Positions 55,140 through 64,000 of a stretch of DNA of 64,000 nt are shown in pieces. A model generated the notes under the pieces. That model saw only the letters and a program-made list of their open reading frames with translations, was not told the origin of the DNA and did not search any database. Both the position numbers and the translations under genes were made by a program. The stretch lies in assembly GCF_009914755.1 (NCBI RefSeq), contig NC_060947.1; one strand, 5' to 3'. This DNA is from the human T2T-CHM13v2.0 reference genome, Homo sapiens. Within the stretch, counting starts at the first letter, position 1. Every line of letters starts with the position of its first letter.

Positions 55140-56640
55140 GAGTATACCAATGTAAATTACTCTTAACCTACTAATTTGCTATCTTTATGAATTTGGCTAT
55201 TCTGAACATTTGGTATAAATGGAATCAGGTAATATTTGATCTATTTCAGTTAATTTTCATGTATGATATAAGGAAAGAAGGTGACTTTACTCTTTTGCCT
55301 GTGGTTATTTAGTTGTCTCAGAACCAGTTGTTGAAAAGACCTTTCATTCTCCATTAAATTGTCTTGGCACCCTTGTCAAGAATCAGTTGTCCACAAATGT
55401 AAGGGTTTATTGCTGGATTCTCAATTCTATTTTATTGCTCTATGTATCTATTGTTATGCCAGTTTTGATTGCTGTAGTTTTGTAGTAAGTTTTTAAATCA
55501 GGGGCTGTGAGTCCTCCTGCTTAGTTTTTCTTTATCAGGATTGTTTTGGCTATTTGGGCCTTGAAATTCATTATTAATTTTAGGATTAACGTTTCAATTT
55601 CTACAAAATGGGTCATTTGAATTTTGATAGGGATTGCATTGAATCTGTAAGTCATTTTGGGTAGTATTGACATCTTAATAGTAAGTCTTTCAGTCTATAA
55701 ACATGGAATGCCTTTTTATTTAGGTCTTTAATTTATTTCAATAATGTTTTGTAGTTTTCAGTGTACAAGCCTTGCACCTCCTTTGTTAAATTTATTCCTA
55801 AATATTTTCTTCTTTTTGATGCTATTGTAAATGGAATTGTTTTCTTCATTTAGTTTTGTTATTGCTAGTGTAGATGTAGCGTGGTTTTGTGTGTTGATTT
55901 TGTATCCTGGAACTTTGCTGAATTCATTTATTAGCTTTACCTATTTTTTTTAGGTGTGTGTATTCTTTAGGATTTTCCACATATAAGTTCATGTCATTAG
56001 CATATAGAGATAGTTTTACTTCTTCCTTTCCAATTTGGATGCTTTCTATTTCTTTTCTAATTGCTGTAGCTAGAACTTCCATTACAATGTTTAATAAAAT
56101 TTGTGAAAGCAAACAGCCTTGTACTGTTACAGGTCTTAGAGAAAACAATTCAGACTCTCACCATTGAGTATCATTATAAAATGTACCTCTTCATCTCTAT
56201 TAACATGTTTTGTTTAAAGCCTACTTTGGCTGATAATAGTATAGTCTCTCCAGTTTTCTTATGGTTTATCTTTATATGATATACATTTTTCCATCGTTTT
56301 ACTTTCTATCCACTTTTATCTTTGAACCTAAAGTATCTCTCCTTAGATAAGATACAGTTGGATATTATTTCATCCATTCTTGCAATCTCTGACATTTTAT
56401 TGGATTGCTTAATCCATTCACATTTAATATTATTATTAATATAGTTGGATTTGTGTCTGCAATTTTACTTTTTCTTTTCTGCATATGTTGTGCCTTTCTT
56501 GTTCCTCTGTTCCCTTTTGTCTACTTTCTTTTTCATTAAGTGAATATTTTATAATGTTAGAATTTATTCTATTTTTTACTACATTTTTTGTTAGTTTCTT
56601 ATTCGTTACTTTAGACTCTCCCTATACATCTCAACTTACC
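55140..56640 (-). mobile_element. Old L1M ORF2 fragments
   Basis: ORF 55924-56148 resembles L1 RT ([16 protein letters not shown]...LYANDM). Confidence 0.75.
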
Positions 56641-56659
56641 AGAATCTGCTAAGTAGTCT

Positions 56660-56935
56660 ATTAGAGATAGGAAAACCCAGTGTTTTTTCTACTCTCACAC
56701 ACTTAACACACATTTATGATACCAGATGTGTAGGAATTTCTGTCCACACACCAAGCAATCAGTTGTCCAGCATACACCAGCACACACATCAATTCAATTC
56801 AATTCTAACACTATCAATCTGGAGATAATGTCAGATCTCACAGGTTAAGTGCTCAGTCTCACAAGACTGCCTCTTACTTCACATGCCAGTGGCATACCCA
56901 AGTGGTTTTACCTGTGTTTATGACCAACCAGCTAT
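56660..56935. mobile_element. MER21-like LTR fragment
   Basis: aattcaattcaattctaacactatc...gtcagatctcacaggttaagtgctcagtctcacaagactgcc. Confidence 0.6.
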
Positions 56936-56939
56936 ATCA

Positions 56940-57475
56940 TATTTTTTATACAAAATTTTAATTTGTAATTTTTGTGGGTACATAGTAGGTATATACATTT
57001 ATGGGGTACATGAGATGTTTTGATATAGGTGTGATGCATAATAATCACATCATGGAGAATGGGGTATCCACCCCCTTAACCATTTATCTTTTGTGTTACA
57101 AACAATCCAATTATACTCTTTTAGATATTTAAAAATGTACACTAATTATTGACTATAGTCACCCTGTCGTGCTATCAAATAGTAGGCCTTATTCATTCTT
57201 TCCGACTATAATTTTAAACCCATTAAACATCATCAAATCCCCTCACCAGCCCCACTGCCTTTCCCAGCCTCTGCTAACTAACCTTTTACTCCCTATCTCC
57301 ATGGTACAACTCTATTGATTTTAGATCCCACAAATAAGTGAGAACATACAAAGTTTGTCTTTCTGTGCCTGGCTCATTTAACTTAACATAATGACCCCCA
57401 GTTCCATCCATGTTGTTGCAAATGACTAGATCTCATTCATTTTCATGGCTTAATAGCAGTTCATTTTGTATATGT
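56940..57475 (-). mobile_element. L1MA-type 3' end
   Basis: ttgtgggtacatagtaggtatatacatttatggggtacatgagatgttttgat... typical L1MA 3' UTR in reverse. Confidence 0.75.
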
Positions 57476-58249
57476 ACTTTTCTTAACTTTTATTTTAAGT
57501 TCAGGGGTATACAAGGGTAGGTTTGTTACATAGGTAAACTTATGTCATAGGAATTTGTTGTACAGATTATTTCATCACCCAGGTATTAAGCCTAGTACCC
57601 ATTAGTTATTTATCCTAATCCTCTCCTTCTTCCCACCCTCCACCTTCTGAAAGGCCCCAGTGTTTGTTGTTCCCCTCTACATGTCCACGTGTTCTCATCA
57701 TTTAGCTCCCACTTAAAAGTGAGAACATGTGTTATTTGGTTTTCTATTCCTGTGTTAGTTTGCTAACGATAATGGCCTTTAGTTCCATCCACATCTCTGC
57801 AAAGGATATTATCTCATTATTTCTTATGGCTACATAGTATTCCATGGTGCATATGTACCACATTTTCTTAATTCTATTATTGATGGGCAGTTAGGTTGAT
57901 TCCATGTCTTTGCTATTGTGAATAATGCTGCAGTGAACATACACGTGCATGTGTCTTTATAATAGAATGATTTATATTCCTTTGGGTATATACCCAGTAA
58001 TGGGATTGCTATGTTGAATGGTATTTTTGTCTTTAGGTCTTTGAGGAATCACCACACTGTCTTCCACAATTGCTGAAATAATTTACATTCCCACCAATGG
58101 TGTGTAAGCATTCCTTTTATGCCACAACCTTGCCAGCATCTGTTATATTCTGATATTTTAATAACAACCATTCTGACTGGTGTAAGATGGAATCTCATTG
58201 TAGTCTGCTTTGCATTTCTCTAATGATCAATGATGTTGAGCTTTTTTTC

Positions 58250-58545
58250 TTTTTCTTTTTTTTTTTGAGACAGAGTCTTGCTGTCGCCCAGGCTGGAGTG
58301 CAGTGGTGTGATCTCTGCTCACTGCAGGCTCCGCGCCCCGGGTTCACGCCATTCTCCTGCCTCAGCCTCCTGAGTAGCTGGGACTACAGGCGCCCGCCAC
58401 CTCACCCAGCTAATTTTTTGTATTTTTAGTGGAGACGGGGTTTCACCGTGTTAGCCAGGATGGTCTTGATCTCCTGACCTCGCGATCCGCCCGCCTTGGC
58501 CTCCCAAAGTGCTGGGATTACAGGCATGAGCCACCGTGCCCGGCC
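58250..58545 (-). mobile_element. AluY
   Basis: CpG-rich, Y-type positions (ttcacgccattctcc, gtgttagccaggatggtc); TSD gctttttttc on both sides. Confidence 0.92.
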
Positions 58546-59884
58546 GCTTTTTTTCATATGATTTTTGGTTGGACGTATGTCTTCTTTTGAAAAGTGTCTG
58601 TTCATGTCCTTTGCCCACTTTTTAATGGGGTTGTTTGGTTTTTTCCTTGTAAATTTGTTTAAGTTCTTATAGACGCTGGATATTAGGCTTTTGTCAAATG
58701 CATAGTTTCAAAAAATTTTCTCCCATTCGGTTGTCTGTTTAGTCTGTTGATAGTTTCTTTTGCTGCACAGAAGCTCTTTAGTTTAATTAGATTTCATTTT
58801 TCTATCTTTGATTTTGTTGCAATTGCTTTTGGCATTTTCATCATGAAATCTTTGCCTGGGCATATGTCCTGAATGGTATTGCCTAGGTTGTTTTCTGGGA
58901 TTTTATAGTTTTGGGTTTTACATTTAAGTCTTTAATCCATCTTGAGCTAATTTTTGTATGTGGTGTAAGGAAGGGGTCCAGTTTCAATCTTCTGCATATG
59001 TGTAGCCTGTTATCCCAGCACCATTTATTGAATAAGGAATGCTTTCCCCATTGCTTGTTTTTCTCAGGTTTCTCAAAGATCAGATAGTTGCAGGTGTGCA
59101 GTCTTATTTCTAGCTTCTGTATTCTGTTCCTTTGGTCTATGTGTCTGTTTTTGTACCAATACCATGCTATTTTGGTTACTGCAGCCCTGTAGTAGAGTTT
59201 AGGTTTGAGTAGCATGATGCCTCCAGCTTTGTTCTTTTTGCTTTGGATTGCCTTTGCTATTCTGGCTCCTTGTTGGTTTGATATGAATTTTAAAATAGTT
59301 TTCTCTAGTTCTGTTTAGAATGTCAATGGTAGTTTAATAGGTAGTTTAATAAGAATAACATTGAGTCTGTAAATTGCTTTGGGCAGCATGGCCATTTTAA
59401 TGGTATTGATTCTTCCTGTCCATGAACATGAAATGATTTTCCATTTGTTTGTGTTATCTCTGATTTCTTTGAGCAGTGGTCGGTAGTTCTCCTTGTAGAG
59501 ATATTTTACCTCCCTCATAAGCTGTATTCCTAGGTATTTTATTCTTTTTGTGGCAATTGTGAATGAGAGTTTGCTCCTGATTTGGCTCTTGGCTTTACTG
59601 TTGTTGGTGTATAAGAATGCTAGTGACTTTTGTACATTGATTTTGTATCCTGAGACTTTGCTGAAGTTGTTTATCAGCTTGAGAAGCTTTTGGGCTGAGA
59701 CCATGGGGTTTTCTAGATATAGGATCATGTCATCTCCAAACAGAGATAGTTTGGCTTCCTCTATTTGTATTTGCATGTCTTTTATTTCTTTCTCTTGCTT
59801 GATTTTCCTGGCCAGAACTTTCTATGTTCTGCCTCTATGTTCTAATAGTATGTTAAATAGGAGTGATGAGAAAGGGTATTTTGT

Positions 59885-60505
59885 AAAAATTCTACTTTAA
59901 GTTCCAGGATACATGTGCAGAATGTGCAGGTTTGATACATAGTTATACATGTGACATGGTGGTTTGCTGTACCTATCAACCTGTCATCTAGGTTTTAAGC
60001 CCCACATGCATTAGGTATTTGTGGTAATGCCCTCCCTCCACTTGTCCCCCAACCCCTGACAGGCCCCAGTGTGTGATGTTTCCCTCCCTGTGTCCATGTG
60101 TTCTCATTGTTCAACTCCCACTTATGAGTGAGAACATGTGGTGTTTGGTTTTTTGTTCCTGTGTTAGTTAGCTGAGAATGATGGCTTCCAGCTTCATCCA
60201 TGTCCCTGCAAAGGACATGAGCTCATAGTATTCCATGGTGTATATGTTCCACATTTTCTTTATCCAGTCTATCATTGATGGGCATTTGTTTTGGTTCCAA
60301 GTCTTTGCTATTGTAAATAGTGCTGCAGTAAACATACAAGTGCATGTGTCTTTGTAGTAGAATGATTTATAATCCATTGGGTATATACTCAGTAATGGGA
60401 TTGCTGGGTCAAATGGTATTTCTGGTTCTAGATCTTTGAGGAATCTCCACACTGTCTTCCACAATGGTTGAATTAATTTACATTCCCACCAACGGTGTAA
60501 AAGCA
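59885..60505 (-). mobile_element. 5'-truncated ~620-bp L1PA6/7-like insertion inside the older L1
   Basis: L1 3' end plus ORF2 C-terminus (60168-60464); TSD gagaaaggg(t/c)atttt at 59868 and 60506. Confidence 0.85.
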
Positions 60506-61988
60506 GAGAAAGGGCATTTTTGTCTTTTGCCCGTTTTCAAGGGGAAGGCTTCCAGCTTTTACCCATTTAGTATGATATTGGCTCTGGGTTTGTCATATGT
60601 GGCTCTTATTATTTTGAGGTATGTTTCATCAATACCTAGTTTATTGAGTTTTTAACGTGAAGGGGTGTTGAATTTTACTGAAAGCCTTTTCTGCATATAT
60701 TAAGATAATAATGTGGTTTTTGTCATTAGTGCTCTTTATGAGATGAATTGCATTTATTGATTTGTGTATATTGAGCCAAACTTGCATCCCAGGGATGAAG
60801 CCTATTTGATTGTGGTGGATAAGCTTTTTGATGTGCTGCTGGATTGGGTTTGCCAATATTTTATTGAGGATTTTTGCATCAATGTTCTAGTATGTTGGCC
60901 TGAAGTTTTTTTGTTTTTGTCTGCCAGGTTTTGTTTTCAGGATGATGCTGACCTTATAGAATGAGTTAGGGACGAGTCCGTCCTCCTTAATTCTTTGGTA
61001 TAGTTTCAGTAGGAATGGTACCAGCTCCTTTGTACATCTGGTAGAATTCAGCTGTGAATGTATCTGGTTCTGGGCTTTTTTTTTGGTTGGTATGCTACTA
61101 CTGCCTCAATTTTAGAATTTGATATTGGTCTGATCAGGGATTTAATTTTTTGTTGGTTCAATCTTCAGAGGGTGTGCGTGTCCAGAAATTTATTTGTCTC
61201 TTCTAGGTTTGCTAGTTTGTGTGCATAGAGGTATTAATAATATTTTCTGATGGTTGTTTGTATTTCTGTGGGTTCAGTGGTAATATTCCCTTTTTCATTT
61301 CTGATTGTGTTTATTTGAATATTCTCTTTTCTTTTTGATTAGTCTGGCTCGATGTCTATCTATTTTATTGTTTTTTTCAGGAAACCAACTCCTGGCATTG
61401 TTGATCTTTTGAGTGGTTTTCCATGTCACTATCTCCTTCATTTCAGCTCTGATTTTGGTTATTTTTTATCTTCTGCTAGCTTCAGGGTTGATTTGTTTTT
61501 GCTTTTCTAGTTCAGTTGTGAATTAGGTTGTTAATTTAACATCTTTCTAGATTTTTGATGTAGACATTTAGTGCTATAAATTTCCCTCTTAACACTCCCT
61601 TATCTGTGTCCCAAAGTTTCAGGTATGTAGTATCTTTGTTCTTATTGGTTTCAGAGAACTTCTTAATTTTTGCCTTAATTTCACTATTTACCTAGAAGTC
61701 ACTCAGGAGCAGGCTATTTAATTTCCATGTAATTGCATGGTTTTGAGTGAATTTATTAGTCTCGATATAAAATTTGATTGCTCTGTGGTTTGAGATACCA
61801 CACATATTTCACATCTTTTGCATTTGCTGGGGAGTGTTTTGCTTCTGATAATGTGATCAGTTTTAGAGTAAGTGACATGTGGCATTGACACAAATGTATA
61901 TTCTGTTGATTTGGCTGGAGCATTCTGTGTACGTGTGTGTGTGTATGTGTGTGTATATACATATACACACACAGAATGCTCCAGCCAA

Positions 61989-61995
<7 letters not shown>

Positions 61996-62032
<37 letters not shown>
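61996..62032. repeat. (TG)n microsatellite
   Basis: About 18 uninterrupted TG units. Confidence 0.95.
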
Positions 62033-62037
<5 letters not shown>

Positions 62038-62163
62038 CATCAGGTCCTTTTGATGCAGTGCTGAGTTCAGGTCCTGAATATCTTTGTTAATTTTCTCTCT
62101 CAATGATCTGTCTAATATTTTCAGTGGGTTGTTAAAGTCTCCCACTATTACTGTGTGGGAGTT

Positions 62164-64000
62164 TGGTATGGTTTGGCACTGTGTCCCCACAGAAATCTTA
62201 TCTTGTAGTTCCCATAATTCCCACATGTTGTGGGAGGGACCCAGTGGGAGATAATTGAACCATATGGGTCTTTCTCATGCTGTTCTCATGATAGTGAATA
62301 AGTCTCATGAGATCTGATGGTTTTATAAACAGAAGTTTCCCTGCACAAGTTCTTTTTTTGCCTGCCATCATTCATGTAAGACATGACTTGCTCCTCCTTG
62401 CCTTCCACCATGATTGTTAGGCCTCTCCAGCCATGTGGAACTGTAAGTCCATTAAACCTCTTTTTCTTCCTAGTCTCAGGTATGTCTTTATCAGCAGCAT
62501 GAAAACAGACTGATACAGCAAATTGGTACTAGTAGAGTGGGGCATTGCTGAAGATATCCAAAAATGTGGAAGTGACTTTGGAAGTGGGTAAGATGCAGAG
62601 GTTGGAACAGTTTGGAGGGCTCAGAAGAAGACAGGAAAATGTGGGAAAGTTTTGAACCCACTAGAGACTAGTTGAATGGCTTTGACAAAATGCTGATAAT
62701 GATATGGACAATGAAATCCAGGCTGAGGTGGTCTCAGATGGAGATGAAGAATTTGTTGGGAACTGGAGCAAAGGTGACTCTTGTTATGTTTTAGCAAAGA
62801 GACTGGCAGCATTTTGCCCCTGCCCTAGAGATTTGTGGAGCTTTGAACTTGAAAGAGATGATTTAGTGTAGCTGGTGGAGAAATTTCTAAGCAGCAAAGC
62901 ATTCAAGAGGTGACCTTAGTGCTGTTATAGGCATTCACTTTTAAACAGGAAACAGCATAACAGTTCAGAAAATTTGCAGCCTGACAATGTGATAGAAAAG
63001 AAAATCCCAGTTTCTGAGGAGAAATTCAGGCTGGCTTCAGAAATTTGCATAAGTAACGAGGAGCCAAATGTTAATCTCCAAGACAATGGGGAAAATGTCT
63101 CCAGGGCATGTCAGAGATCTTTGCAGTAGCCCCTCCCATCACAGGCCTGCAGGTTTACGAGGAAAAATTGGTTTCATGGGCCGGGCCCAGGGTCCCTCTG
63201 CTGTGTGCAATATAGGGACTTGATGCCCTGAATCCCAGCCACTCCAGCTGTGACTACAAGGGGCCAAGGGACAGTTTGGGCTGTTGCTTCAGAGGGTGGG
63301 AGCCCAAAGCCTTGGTAGCTTCCATGTGGTGTTGAGCCTGCAGGTACATAGAAGTCAAAAATTGAGGTTTGGGAACCTTCGCCTATATTTCAGAGGATGT
63401 ATGAAAATGCCTGGATGCCCAGACAGAAGTTTGCTGCAGGGGTGGGGCCCTCATGGAGAATCTTTGCTAGGGCAGTGCAGAAGGGAAATGTGGGGTTGGA
63501 GCCCCCATGCAGAGTCCCTACTGGGGCACAAACATAGTGGAGCTGTGAGAAGAGGGCACCATCCTCCAGACCCCAGAATGGCAGATCCACCAATAGTTTG
63601 CACCTTGAACCTGGAAAAGCCACAGACACTCAATCCTGGCCTGTGAAAGCAGCCAGGAGGGCAGCTATACCCTGAAAGCCACAGGGGCAGAGCTGCCTAA
63701 GACAATGGGAACCCACCTTTTGCATCAGTGTAACCCAGATGCGAGATACTGAGTCAAAGGATACCATTTTGGAGCTTTAAGATTTGACTGCCCCACTGGA
63801 TTTTGGACTTGCATGAGGCTTGTAGCCCCTTTGTTTTGGCCAATTTCTCCAATTTGGAGTGGCTGTACTTACCCAATGGCTGAACCCCTATTGTATCTAG
63901 GGAGTAACTAACTTGCTTTTGACTTTACAGGCTCATGGGCAGAAGGGACATACCTTTTCTCAGATGAGACTTTGTGGACATGTGTGTTAATGCTGAAATG
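62164..64000 (+). mobile_element. THE1 (MaLR) element: 5' LTR 62164-62517 plus internal region running off the window
   Basis: tggtatggtttggc...gtatgtctttatcagcagcatgaaaacagactgataca, then THE1-int (aattggtactagtagagtgggg...). Confidence 0.88.

Larger units (their letters stand above)
57477..62163 (-). mobile_element. L1PA8-13-like element, interrupted by AluY, a short L1PA insertion and THE1
   Basis: 3' UTR at 57477; ORF2 remnants 58883-59776 and 60641-60856; endonuclease region to 62163. Confidence 0.85.

Overview
Hominoid (human-like) genomic DNA. The SVA element and the UPRT gene point to an ape X chromosome. Bases ~9.1-20.5 kb hold six coding exons (exons 2-7; exon 1 lies upstream of the window) and the 3' UTR of UPRT on the + strand. 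Almost everything else is nested retroelement DNA: L1s of several ages, Alus, MER3/MER5, MER21-like, MLT1 and THE1 LTR elements, a full-length old SVA, and a multiply deleted HERV-K(HML-3)/MER9 provirus. The most notable structure is that provirus. It keeps both LTRs, the PBS, the PPT and a 6-bp TSD, and it carries a ~2.85-kb processed copy of TERF1 (PIN2 splice form) in antisense inside its integrase remnant, so it is a candidate non-autonomous retroviral vector for a telomere gene. Other observations are mosaic LTR divergence, a probable ~210-bp L1 3' transduction, an L1-in-L1 insertion and a 22-bp perfect inverted repeat beside a microsatellite. Repeat subfamily names come from recalled consensus sequences and were not run through RepeatMasker.
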